From positions 1,024,001 to 1,088,000 of the forward strand of contig OY970176.1 of NCBI GenBank assembly GCA_963707955.1: a stretch of 64,000 bases of DNA, in the 5' to 3' direction. Within the stretch, counting starts at the first letter, position 1. Each line of letters begins with the position of its first letter. The DNA comes from Candidatus Bathyarchaeota archaeon. GTDB lineage: Archaea; Thermoproteota; Bathyarchaeia; Bathyarchaeales; Bathycorpusculaceae. Below the pieces are notes generated by a model. That model was not told the origin of the DNA and searched no databases. It saw only the letters and a list, made by a program, of their open reading frames with translations. The position numbers and the translations under genes are program-made. Shown here in pieces: positions 54,502 through 63,985 of the stretch.

Positions 54502-55167
54502 TTGAACCAGAGAACTAGAAACAACATGATCGTGTTTGCTCCCCACCCTGACGACGAGACATTGGCATGCGGCGGAACTATCGTTAAGAAGCTCGAAGAA
54601 GGATTTGACGTCTACGTTACTGTTATGACAGATGGGCGCCATTCTCATGACGTCACACTTGGCCTCGCGCAACCTTCGCCCGAAACGATAGCGGAAATAC
54701 GTGCGACAGAGTTGAAGGAAGCCACCCGTGTCCTGGGAGTCAATCCTAGTAATCTGATTCTCCTATGGTTTGAAGATGGCAAGCTAAGGGAGCACATGAA
54801 TGAAGCAAGAGAGAGGACTGTTCGGATTCTTCACGAGGTACGTCCAGTCGAGATATACATGCCTTACAGAGACGACGCCAATGACGATCACCGGACAACC
54901 TACGAAATCGTTACTGGCAGTGTCAGGGAAGCCGATCTGCTCCCTAAAATGTACGAATACTCCGCATGGAATGGAAAGATCCCTCGCCCAGAATTGAAAG
55001 TGTTTGTGATAGGTATTCATGGGGAATTGGGAAGAAAAATGGAAGCCATCTCCAAATACAAGAGTCAGATCTCAACGTGTTTTCCAAAACAGGAAAAAGC
55101 AGTCCTAAGCGAAGAGTTCGTGAACATGTTCCGTTCTGAAACGGAAACATTCTACACAAAAGAATAA
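54502..55167 (+). CDS. PIG-L/LmbE family de-N-acetylase
   Basis: APHPDDETLACGG, DHR and YKSQ motifs. Confidence 0.9.
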   Translation: MNQRTRNNMIVFAPHPDDETLACGGTIVKKLEEGFDVYVTVMTDGRHSHDVTLGLAQPSPETIAEIRATELKEATRVLGVNPSNLILLWFEDGKLREHMNEARERTVRILHEVRPVEIYMPYRDDANDDHRTTYEIVTGSVREADLLPKMYEYSAWNGKIPRPELKVFVIGIHGELGRKMEAISKYKSQISTCFPKQEKAVLSEEFVNMFRSETETFYTKE

Positions 55168-55358
55168 CCAAGACCCATAACGTGCCTATTTTGCACGCGC
55201 GCCGTTCTGGAGTTTCCTTCGTTGCTCATTCCGCCCCCGTCTATGATAATGACGTTATTAGCAGTGGTGGTCCGCAGAAGAAAACGCGTGTTCTACCGTC
55301 TGCATAAGAGAAACTGGAAGCGCGAGACTCACGACATAGAAAGTGCCTCTGCACGTCT

Positions 55359-56036
55359 TTGGCACAGAATGCCTTAAGAATGATGACCCTGCTGGATATG
55401 TGCATGACAAAGCTGTATTTTCTCGGCGGGGAAGACGTGGCAGAAAGAGACTCTAAAGAAATCAATGAAAAAGCGTTTATGGAAGCTGGTGGAACACCTG
55501 TTGTTCTGATTTTCAACTGGACAGCAGAATCAGCTGACAAAATGGGAAAATACGGGAAGATAATGGCTGATTACTTTGAAGACATTGGTGCAAGCGCCGT
55601 CGAATTTGCAGAATGTTCAGATTCGCTGGAAGAAATTGCTCAGAAGGCTAAGCGTTCAGACTTGATATACCTGCCCGGCGGCGTCACGAGAATTCTGCTT
55701 GAACGTATACTAGATGCAAAAGTCGACAGCTTATTGCGAGAATACGAGAAAATCATCGTTGGAAACAGTGCAGGTGCCCTAGCCCTTGGCAGAGACTGCA
55801 TACTCACCAGAGGTAAACGCAACAAGAGAACCGTGATAATTCCAGGCCTCGGTCTAGTGGACTTCAGTGTTAAAGTTCACTACAAAGCTTCAAGGGATCG
55901 CGAATTGAAACAGCTTTCATACGAAAGAAAAATATACGCCATCCCCGAGGGCTGTGCACTCATTTATGACAGCGGCTCTGTATCCGGCATTGGGGACATC
56001 TACCTGTTTCAAAACGGAGAGAAGACCAAGCAGTGA
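55359..56036 (+). CDS. Peptidase S51 (dipeptidase E-like, glutamine amidotransferase fold); start probably at MTKLYFLGG
   Basis: IYLPGG, GNSAGA nucleophile elbow, GLGLVDF and VHY motifs. Confidence 0.85.
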   Translation: MAQNALRMMTLLDMCMTKLYFLGGEDVAERDSKEINEKAFMEAGGTPVVLIFNWTAESADKMGKYGKIMADYFEDIGASAVEFAECSDSLEEIAQKAKRSDLIYLPGGVTRILLERILDAKVDSLLREYEKIIVGNSAGALALGRDCILTRGKRNKRTVIIPGLGLVDFSVKVHYKASRDRELKQLSYERKIYAIPEGCALIYDSGSVSGIGDIYLFQNGEKTKQ

Positions 56037-56217
56037 ATGGAAACATTGCTCAGAGTCCAAACTTCTCTGAACTTGTTGAAGCCTACTATTTCTTCGACGG
56101 TTTTCCTTTTTCTGGTCGTTAGGCAACGGCGAAAATCCTCTTTTTTGCTGCTGGATGCAATATCGCTCAGAGCAAAAACTTGCTTACCAACAATACGATA
56201 GAGACTATGATGTAAGT

Positions 56218-56229
56218 CTAGCGCGCGCC
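56218..56229. repeat. (GC)4 palindrome copy
   Basis: CTAGCGCGCGCC upstream of metK. Confidence 0.85.
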
Positions 56230-56346
56230 GAACTCGGCGTACGCCTTAGGTTCGAAATTCCGAAGTTTTATTGAAGGCAAAGTTTCTTGAGAAATGAATG
56301 CGAAATCGTTAAAACCCCGTGTTACAAATTCAACTGAGGGGTTCTC

Positions 56347-57531
56347 ATGATTAACAATCGAAGATACCTGTTCACTTCGGAGTCTGTGGCAGAAGGTCAT
56401 CCGGACAAGGTCGCTGACCAGATATCAGACGCTGTCCTTGATGCTGTCTTCAGCAAGGATCCTAAAGCAAGAGTTGACTGTGAAACACTTGTGATGCAAG
56501 GAAACGTAATAGTCACTGGTCAGATCACGACCTCTTGCTACGTGGACATTCCCTACATTACTAGAAAAACTTTAAAGGAAATAGGCTTGGATAACGCCAA
56601 AGATGGAATGGACTGGGAGACCTGCGGCGTGTTGGTTTCGATAACCGAGCAGTCCCCAGATATTGCCATGGGAGTCAACGAGTCCGAGGCTCATGAACAG
56701 GGAGCTGGAGACCAAGGAATGGTGTTCGGCTACGCCACAAACGAGACGAAGGAATTTATGCCTTTACCAATCATGTTTGCGCACAACCTTGTGAGAAGAC
56801 TTTCCGAGTGCAGAAAGAACAAAGTTTTGCCATACCTGAGGCCAGACGGCAAGTCGCAGGTCACAGTTGAATATGTGAATGGAAAACCAAAAAGAGTGGA
56901 GGCTGTTGTAATAGCCGCTCAGCACGTTGAGAGCGTTGACAGAGAGAAGATGAAGCAAGACGTGATAAGTCAAGTCATAAAGAAGGTCATACCCTCAGAC
57001 ATGCTGGATAAGGAAACAAAATACTTTGTCAATGAGACGGGAAGGTTCGTTGTCGGAGGAACTCTAGCAGATTCGGGTTTAACTGGAAGAAAAATAATAG
57101 TCGACACGTACGGAGGCGTCGGCAGTCACGGCGGAGGATGCTTTTCCGGAAAAGACCCCTCAAAAGTCGATAGGTCTGGCTGTTACATGGCAAGGTACAT
57201 CGCAAAAAACGTTGTGGCAGCAGGTTTGGCAGACCAATGCGAGGTCCAGATATCTTATGCCATAGGCGTGGCACAACCAGTTTCTGTGATGGTAAACACG
57301 TTTGGCACGGGCAAGATACCTGACGAAAGAATCCTTGAATTGGTCAAAACACATTTCGACATGAGACCCAAAGCAATAATAAATCATCTGAATTTGCTCA
57401 GACCAATATACAGAAAAACGGCCGTTTTTGGCCACTTTGGCAGAGACGACCCAGACTTCACATGGGAAAAAACCGACAAAGCAGAGATCCTCAAGAAGCA
57501 CGCCGGATTACCACGACCAGCTCAGACCTAG
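56347..57531 (+). CDS. metK: Methionine adenosyltransferase, bacterial/eukaryotic type
   Basis: [43 protein letters not shown] and [16 protein letters not shown] motifs. Confidence 0.96.
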   Translation: MINNRRYLFTSESVAEGHPDKVADQISDAVLDAVFSKDPKARVDCETLVMQGNVIVTGQITTSCYVDIPYITRKTLKEIGLDNAKDGMDWETCGVLVSITEQSPDIAMGVNESEAHEQGAGDQGMVFGYATNETKEFMPLPIMFAHNLVRRLSECRKNKVLPYLRPDGKSQVTVEYVNGKPKRVEAVVIAAQHVESVDREKMKQDVISQVIKKVIPSDMLDKETKYFVNETGRFVVGGTLADSGLTGRKIIVDTYGGVGSHGGGCFSGKDPSKVDRSGCYMARYIAKNVVAAGLADQCEVQISYAIGVAQPVSVMVNTFGTGKIPDERILELVKTHFDMRPKAIINHLNLLRPIYRKTAVFGHFGRDDPDFTWEKTDKAEILKKHAGLPRPAQT

Positions 57532-57698
57532 GACAAATAATAGACAATCGCTAGTGGTGACCGGTGGGTATCCGCAAAGGATTTTTATGCATTTGGGATT
57601 TGCGGGAAATACGGAAGCACCACAAAGACGGAACCTCCAAATCCTTAAACGGATTGACTGACCATTATCTAACTGTAGTAAGAGGTAGGAACTAAGGA

Positions 57699-58445
57699 TT
57701 GGTTTTCATGAATCTTAAGGATAGGCTCGTAATTGTCACTGGCGCTTCTTCAGGAATAGGTCTGGCGACAGCGAGACTTCTTGCTAAACAGGGCGCGAAA
57801 CTGGCTCTCGTCTCCCGTTCAAAAGAGAAGTTGGAGCAGCTCTCAATTGAACTTCCAGGCTCGTTGGCTGTTCCCGCCGACATGACGAGAATCTATGATA
57901 TCGAGAGCATGATTAATCGGACGATGGAACACTTCGGGAGAATCGACGTTCTAATCAACTGTGCCGGTCAAGGATATGACGCTCCAGTTGAGAAGACTAA
58001 CGTTGACACTTTCCATCACATCTTCGACTTAGACGTGGTCGGCCCGCTCGTTGCCATGAAACAGGTCATCCCAATCATGCGGAAGCAGGGCGGAGGAACG
58101 ATCATTAACATCAGCTCCGGCACCGCGCTGATGTATCTGCCGAACAACGGGGCATATTCAGCCCTGAAACGAGCGCTTGCCAACATCACCTTGACCGCAC
58201 GAGAAGAATTGAAGAAGGATAACATTGTTGTCAGTGTCGTGTACCCATACATTACACTCACCGATTTCGAGAAAAACACCATTAAAGATGCCGTTCCTGA
58301 AGACGGAGAGCAAGGAGGCTCCATTCCGTTTCAAGCCGACACCGCGGAGCATGTGGCCCAGAAGATACTGGAAGGAATAGAAAGCGGAGAAGCAGAAATC
58401 TTCGCCCACGATTGGATGAAGAAAAGAGCTGATGCAAACCCCTAA
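57699..58445 (+). CDS. Short-chain dehydrogenase/reductase
   Basis: TGASSGIG, NCAG and YSALK catalytic motif. Confidence 0.93.
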   Translation: MVFMNLKDRLVIVTGASSGIGLATARLLAKQGAKLALVSRSKEKLEQLSIELPGSLAVPADMTRIYDIESMINRTMEHFGRIDVLINCAGQGYDAPVEKTNVDTFHHIFDLDVVGPLVAMKQVIPIMRKQGGGTIINISSGTALMYLPNNGAYSALKRALANITLTAREELKKDNIVVSVVYPYITLTDFEKNTIKDAVPEDGEQGGSIPFQADTAEHVAQKILEGIESGEAEIFAHDWMKKRADANP

Positions 58446-58534
58446 CCTCGCTGCTTCGACGTTTGTAGGGATTCTGGGAAACCCCAGCGGGGGGGGGATT
58501 TGAACAAGCGTTCACCAGTAAAATGCTGCAGCTT

Positions 58535-58547
58535 CAGCGCGCGCTAG
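58535..58547. repeat. (GC)4 palindrome copy
   Basis: CAGCGCGCGCTAG between the SDR and nitroreductase genes. Confidence 0.85.
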
Positions 58548-58605
58548 ACTTATATGCGAAGATTCATCTAGAGGAAAATCACAGCGCAAGTGGTTAAGTT
58601 GGGAG

Positions 58606-59334
58606 ATGATAGTTATGCCTGACGTCTTGAAAATTATTCAGCAGAGACGGTCAAGCAGGGTTCCTTTTAATCCGAATCATCCGGTTTCCAACAAGAACCT
58701 GAGGCAGATCCTCGAGGCGGCGCGTTGGGCGCCGACGGCTCACAACATGCAGAACTTCGAAATTCTTGTCGTTGATGACAAGGAGGTTCTGGAGAAGATT
58801 GGAAAAATCAAGTCTCGTGTGTCGGAAGCATTCATCCGTGAGAACTACCAGCAGCTGTCATTCTCGGAAGAGGAGTTGCTTCAGAAGAAGGTCGGGATCC
58901 TCGGCACCAATTTTCCGCCGGATTGGAGGGATCCTGCCAAGCTGGACAAGGTTGTCCGTAAGAGTGCGCCTTCGCCCCTGAACCAGCGCATCAGAGGTAG
59001 TCCGCTGCTGCTGATAGTGATTTATGATTCTAGGAAGAGAGCGCCTGCCTCCGAGGGGGATGTTTTGGGTTTCATTAGCTTGGGTTGTGTAATGGAGAAC
59101 ATGTGGCTTGTGGCCCAGTTGTTTGGGATAAGCGTTCACATATTGAGTGTGTTCAGCGGAGATGTCGTGGAAAAAGAGGTGAAGCGGATTCTCAACATTC
59201 CTGAATCCATGAAGATTGCTTTTGCCATGCGTCTGGGATACCCCGTCTCTAGGCCGGCTAAACACCTGAGAGTGCGCCGTGACGTGGAAATGCTTACGCA
59301 TCATAATGGGTTTGGGAACAAGGGCTTCAGCTGA
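58606..59334 (+). CDS. Nitroreductase family protein
   Basis: RRSSR, AARWAPTAHNMQ, ENMWL and LGYP motifs. Confidence 0.9.
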   Translation: MIVMPDVLKIIQQRRSSRVPFNPNHPVSNKNLRQILEAARWAPTAHNMQNFEILVVDDKEVLEKIGKIKSRVSEAFIRENYQQLSFSEEELLQKKVGILGTNFPPDWRDPAKLDKVVRKSAPSPLNQRIRGSPLLLIVIYDSRKRAPASEGDVLGFISLGCVMENMWLVAQLFGISVHILSVFSGDVVEKEVKRILNIPESMKIAFAMRLGYPVSRPAKHLRVRRDVEMLTHHNGFGNKGFS

Positions 59335-59431
59335 GAAAACCTTGTCTTGTTTTCACGATTAGCTGGTTTGCGGAGAGGAAGTTTGAGGCGTTGTTGGAAT
59401 GGGAGTGAACTTGCAAGTTTTAGGTATGCAA

Positions 59432-59443
59432 TAGCGCGCGCTG
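59432..59443. repeat. (GC)4 palindrome copy
   Basis: TAGCGCGCGCTG between convergent genes. Confidence 0.85.
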
Positions 59444-59515
59444 GAAAGGTTGCGCTGGTAACCAGTCTTCTTGTTCAAGTTTGCTGTAAGGTGTCATCTG
59501 TGCCATGCATGTTGA

Positions 59516-59989
59516 CTATTGCGTGGTTTTTGCCTTTTCCAGGTGCATTTCTTCGAGTTTTCTGTATTTTTTCGCGCGCTCTTCGAAAAGATTCGATATG
59601 CTGGTTCTGTACGCTCTGAACTCTCGGCATATGTCAGATTCTGATTCGTCATCCATTTCCCTGGCCATGGACCCGTGACTTTTGGCCTTTTGAGCATCGA
59701 CATCGCTGATCTTTCGTTCACTGAACGCTATTGCTGCATAATGCTTTTGACGTCTGGCCACGGTTTCAACATCCTTTGCAAGCCTAGCGTACAGCCTTGC
59801 TTTCTGTCTCTCAAGTTCCTTTCTTTCCTTCGGTGTCATCCTAAGGTTAGCCTCCGTGAAGCCCAATCGGAACAAGGCCTCATGGATACCGTGTTTTGCA
59901 CCGGTTGTGTCTCCTTTCTCTAAACACATCAGTGCATAATGCAGTGCGCCCAAGACTGGTTGCGGGTCTAGGGTCAAATCTTTCGTCAT
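59516..59989 (-). CDS. Helical hypothetical protein
   Basis: 157-aa charged ORF with a GGTGA RBS upstream. Confidence 0.65.
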   Translation of the reverse strand: MTKDLTLDPQPVLGALHYALMCLEKGDTTGAKHGIHEALFRLGFTEANLRMTPKERKELERQKARLYARLAKDVETVARRQKHYAAIAFSERKISDVDAQKAKSHGSMAREMDDESESDICREFRAYRTSISNLFEERAKKYRKLEEMHLEKAKTTQ

Positions 59990-60083
59990 TTTTTCACCGT
60001 ATCTTCAGATTTAAGCTATATTAAGTCTGAAACATTTAAATTTTTCAAGGAGCACTAAGACTTTTTCCACGTATCATTCAACG

Positions 60084-61337
60084 CTAGAAGTAGGGCTGAT
60101 TTTTCGCAAGGCTCTCTGTGAGGTCCGAGTAGGTGTCGATGATGACTTCTCTCAAATCCGTTCTCTGGCTTTTTTTCTCCACTCTTTCCCGCAGAATTTC
60201 AGAGAGGTTTCCACATTCTATCCTTCTCTGGATTATAGGGAGATATTTTTTTTCGTCTGCTGTGGCGTTCCCCAGAGCGACGTTGTAATAATATTCGCAG
60301 ACTCGACGTGCAGTCTCTCCGTGTGGATGATGAACGCTGGCCCTGAGTCCATTCATCATGATCGCGTTGAGATCCTGTACTAGGACTGTGTGAGGGAGAA
60401 ACTCTGGGTCCTGATTCATTAGTCCCCTCAGTACCGCTCTGATGAAACAGCTCAATGCGACGTCTGATTTGATGCATTCTTGCTCATCCATTATTCGAAT
60501 TTCGATGGCTCTTCTGTCGAACCTGAATATCACTCCTCGGCTGTTCACCCATTCCTTGTTCAGGACAAGCTTGTCAGCACCTGCGTTGGATAGATCGTCT
60601 GAGTACTTGCCTATAATGTTCGTTTTATACTGGCTGAATGAGGACGTGTATTCTGGAATCACGTCGCCGGTTACTGATGGGATTTCTTTTTGGTTTTGCA
60701 TGTAGAAGTACAGTCTGTTGTCGACTCCGTCTCCGAGCCTGCCCTCGTAGATTGGTGAAGAAGCGCTAATTGCGGACAAGTAAGGGCATATGTTTGCAAG
60801 CGTGTTGTTAAGCAGGATTGCGCTTTCTTCGTTTGAGTATGAGAGGTTGAGGTGGAAGCTCTGAATGTTGAGCCATCCGTGCCGTCTCAGATTGAAGATT
60901 TTGCCGTAAGCCTCGTAGATTTGTCTGTGGCGGTGGGGCCAAATTCCCGTTTCGTCGAGTTCTAGTAGTGGGTGCATGCCCGTTCCAAGAAGATGCGCGT
61001 GAAACTTACGTTGCAGGAAATCCTGAATCGTCAAGATAGTTTCCTGCATCGTCTCCTCAAACTCCACCGGCGTCTTGAACGGAGCGTTAGGCTTGAATTC
61101 CATGACGTGCAGCTGAAGCTCTTTGCCAAAGGTAAAGCTTGGCTGTCTTACGAAGTTGACAACTCGGCCATGGAAAGCCTTTATGATTTTGTCTACGATG
61201 GGCAATGCCTCAAGCGCGTCATTCACAATTGAAAACTCGTGCTCTGGACCTAGGACTTCCAAGGTCTTGTACGTGAAGGCTCCACTCTTGCTGAAGCTGT
61301 TCTCCATGATTGAATATAAAGCTACAATCAAACACAT
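60084..61337 (-). CDS. Glutamate--cysteine ligase family 2 (GCS2/YbdK-like carboxylate-amine ligase)
   Basis: GPEHEF, ELQLHVME, GTGMHP, SFHLN, SASSP and IEIRIMD motifs. Confidence 0.85.
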   Translation of the reverse strand: MCLIVALYSIMENSFSKSGAFTYKTLEVLGPEHEFSIVNDALEALPIVDKIIKAFHGRVVNFVRQPSFTFGKELQLHVMEFKPNAPFKTPVEFEETMQETILTIQDFLQRKFHAHLLGTGMHPLLELDETGIWPHRHRQIYEAYGKIFNLRRHGWLNIQSFHLNLSYSNEESAILLNNTLANICPYLSAISASSPIYEGRLGDGVDNRLYFYMQNQKEIPSVTGDVIPEYTSSFSQYKTNIIGKYSDDLSNAGADKLVLNKEWVNSRGVIFRFDRRAIEIRIMDEQECIKSDVALSCFIRAVLRGLMNQDPEFLPHTVLVQDLNAIMMNGLRASVHHPHGETARRVCEYYYNVALGNATADEKKYLPIIQRRIECGNLSEILRERVEKKSQRTDLREVIIDTYSDLTESLAKNQPYF

Positions 61338-61367
61338 TGTGCAAGTACGCAGGGTTACAAGGGAAAA

Positions 61368-61380
61368 GGCGCGCGCGCAT
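61368..61380. repeat. (GC)5 palindrome copy
   Basis: GGCGCGCGCGCAT directly downstream of the tRNA-Ala T-tract. Confidence 0.85.
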
Positions 61381-61388
61381 AAAAATGG

Positions 61389-61465
61389 TGGTGGACCGGT
61401 GGGGATTTGAACCCCAGACCTCCTGAGTGCAAGTCAGGCGTTCATACCAGCTGAACTACCGGCCC
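61389..61465 (-). tRNA. tRNA-Ala (anticodon TGC), CCA encoded
   Basis: Reverse complement GGGCCGG...CCTGA-CT-TGC-AC-TCAGG...GGTTCAAATCCCC...CCGGTCC-A-CCA, with G3:U70. Confidence 0.96.
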
Positions 61466-61641
61466 GGGCTGCTTTCAGGAAAGAACCAGCGGTATCAAAT
61501 TTAGAGCTTTCGGTATCATAGCTTTGGGAAGACACGCTTTCGTGACCTATGATCGAGTCTTTCGAAACATGTGTGAAAAAAGTTTAACTGGGATAAGAAA
61601 AAAGTTAGAATGATCGATTCTGCAAGATCGATTAGTTTGGT

Positions 61642-61782
61642 CTAGAATCTTCTTCTCGAAGTTCTTCGCTTAGACCAGCAATCTCGGCAGTAAACAGGTC
61701 TGCTTGGGTCGGGTGTGAAGGGAACTTCGCACTCCTTTCCACAATCAGCACAAACTGCCTTATGCATCTCTTTCTCTGCCAT
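61642..61782 (-). CDS. CxxC-x17-CxxC small zinc-ribbon protein (46 aa, not in the ORF track)
   Basis: MAEKEMHKAVCADCGKECEVPFTPDPSRPVYCRDCWSKRRTSRRRF; AAGGAG upstream. Confidence 0.9.
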   Translation of the reverse strand: MAEKEMHKAVCADCGKECEVPFTPDPSRPVYCRDCWSKRRTSRRRF

Positions 61783-62038
61783 ATACTATTTCAACTCCTT
61801 TGATTGGTTTGTGCAGAAATTGCTTCTTGCACGTCGCACCTATGAAATAGAAGCAACTTATAAAAGTTGCCATGAAAAAACAAGGCCTAACGGTGACTTC
61901 TTCCAGAATGTTAGACCATGTTTCTCAATGAACGCAGTTCACTGAGAGGCTAGCTGGGGCAGACTTCTTGCCGTATCTGGCGATCTTTAGCATCACGTTT
62001 TTAAGCACAGCCTTGCTACCTTAAGATTCTTTCAAACG

Positions 62039-63145
62039 GTGACCCGAATGGTCGACCAAAGAATCGAAAAGCTCGCAGGACTCTGCGTCCGCTACAGCGT
62101 TGACGTGAAACCTAATGAACTAGTGCTTATACAAGGAAGCGAACAGGCTTTCCCTCTGATTAACGAAATCTTCAAGCAATGCCTTCTAAGCGACGCGCAA
62201 CCGATGATCCTTGCAAACCTTGATACGCAGCACACATTCTTCAAGTACGCAAAAGAACATCAACTGAAGTTCGTTTCCCCCATTCAGAAGTTCACAATGG
62301 AAAACATAGACGTGCGCATAAGCATATTCTGTGAACCGAGTCCGAAGGAACTGTCTACCGTGGACCCGTTGAAGATCAGAACCCGCATGGCTTCTGGAAA
62401 AGAGCTAGCTGAGATCTTCTACAGCCGCATTGCGGAGGGCAAACTTAGATGGACTGGCTTACCCTACCCGATAAACGCTCAAGCACAAGAAACCGACATG
62501 GCACTAAGCGACTACGAAGACTTTGTCTACAGCAGCTGTCTAATCGACGAGGAAGACCCGATTGCTGAATGGAAGAAAATTCATGAACAGCAGCAGAAAA
62601 TCTGCGAATTTCTAAACCAAACAAGCGAAATTCGTTTGGTGGGCGAGGACACGGACTTGACGTTCAACGCAGAGAGAAGGAAATGGATAAACTGCAGCGG
62701 AAAAGAGAACATGCCCGACGGTGAAGTGTTTACAGGACCGATCGAAAACTCGGCCAACGGGACCATAAGATTCACCTTCCCAGGAATATTTTCCGGCAGA
62801 GAAGTCGAAGACATAAAGCTCGCATTCAAAGATGGAAGAGTAGTGAAGGCTTCAGCGGCAAAGGGTGACGATTTTCTGCAGCAAACGCTGAAGATAGAAG
62901 GAGCGGACCGCCTCGGTGAAACCGCGATTGGCACAAACTACGGCATAACTAGATTCACCAAAAACATGCTCTTTGACGAAAAAATGGGCGGCACGGTGCA
63001 CATGGCTCTAGGCAACTCTTACCCAGAATCAGGAGGCAAAAACAGGTCAGCAATACACTGGGACATACTGAAAGACATGAAAAAAGGCGGAGAGATCTAC
63101 GCAGATGACAAGCTGTTCTACAAGAACGGCAAGTTCCTAATATAG
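62039..63145 (+). CDS. Aminopeptidase, peptidase family M29
   Basis: NMPDGEVFTGP, GETAIG, LFDEKMGGTVHMALG and SAIHWD motifs. Confidence 0.93.
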   Translation: MTRMVDQRIEKLAGLCVRYSVDVKPNELVLIQGSEQAFPLINEIFKQCLLSDAQPMILANLDTQHTFFKYAKEHQLKFVSPIQKFTMENIDVRISIFCEPSPKELSTVDPLKIRTRMASGKELAEIFYSRIAEGKLRWTGLPYPINAQAQETDMALSDYEDFVYSSCLIDEEDPIAEWKKIHEQQQKICEFLNQTSEIRLVGEDTDLTFNAERRKWINCSGKENMPDGEVFTGPIENSANGTIRFTFPGIFSGREVEDIKLAFKDGRVVKASAAKGDDFLQQTLKIEGADRLGETAIGTNYGITRFTKNMLFDEKMGGTVHMALGNSYPESGGKNRSAIHWDILKDMKKGGEIYADDKLFYKNGKFLI

Positions 63146-63203
63146 TAAAACACTTTTTTCCGATCGAGTCGTCATCTTCAGGAATCCGTCAAACTGGGAA
63201 AGA

Positions 63204-63425
63204 GTGATTCTTTGGATGGCAAACAATGAGATTGAGGCTCAGAAGCGACGATCATTTAGAAACACCTTCTTCAACCTGAGTGTTTTCGAGTTTCTCACGT
63301 TTCTTCGAAGAGGAGTATTCTACACTTTCATGATCTACTACCTTTACAAAGTGACGAACACCGTAACGTCGACAACCGCCCTAGGAACTAGCATGCGAGG
63401 CCGCTGGCAGCGTTGTTCGCCATGA
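63204..63425 (+). pseudogene. N-terminal fragment of a membrane (MFS-like) transporter
   Basis: FNLSVFEFLTFLRRGVFYTFMIYYLY resembles MFS TM1; reading frame ends after about 70 aa. Confidence 0.5.
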
Positions 63426-63496
63426 AATTCGTAGTGCTGAAACACGATTAACGAAATTTTAAATTCAGGCGTCGTAGAATCAACCTGAGGGACACG

Positions 63497-63985
63497 ATGG
63501 TGGAACTCAAGACTGTCAAGGTTGAAGTATCAGAAGGTTGCAACTTGATTTTAGGCATGGCGCACTTCATCAAAACCGTTGAAGATCTGTATGAGGCCCT
63601 CGTAAACGCTGTTCCAAACGCAAAGTTCGGGATTGGCTTCTGCGAAAACTCAGGACCCTGCTTGGTCAGGCACGAAGGAAATGATGCATATTTGAGACAG
63701 CAGGCGGCGAAAAAGGCTCTGGAAATCAGCTGCGGCCACAGCTTCATAATCTTCTTGAAAAACGCTTACCCAATAAACGTCTTAGATAAGATTAAGACTG
63801 TGCCAGAGGTATGCACAATCTACGCGGCCACGGCTAATTCTCTGGAGGTGATTATAGCAGAGACTGAGCAGGGTCGAGGAATAATCGGCGTGGTAGACGG
63901 CTTCTCGAGCAAAGGCATCGAAGCCGAGAAAGACATAAAGGCACGGAAGGATTTTCTGAGGAAAATAGGTTACAAACTCAGCTGA
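63497..63985 (+). CDS. Adenosine-specific kinase family protein (DUF355)
   Basis: [23 protein letters not shown] and [10 protein letters not shown] motifs. Confidence 0.9.
   Translation: MVELKTVKVEVSEGCNLILGMAHFIKTVEDLYEALVNAVPNAKFGIGFCENSGPCLVRHEGNDAYLRQQAAKKALEISCGHSFIIFLKNAYPINVLDKIKTVPEVCTIYAATANSLEVIIAETEQGRGIIGVVDGFSSKGIEAEKDIKARKDFLRKIGYKLS

Noticed and set aside
55205-55330. Possible oxidoreductase remnant (FFCGPP or IIIDGG in minus-strand frames)
   Set aside because: Matches are only 5-6 residues long and in different frames, which cannot be supported without a profile search.
56230-56346. SAM riboswitch upstream of bacterial-type metK
   Set aside because: No SAM-I core (ATC-x-AGAG...GAT) or other recognisable aptamer structure.
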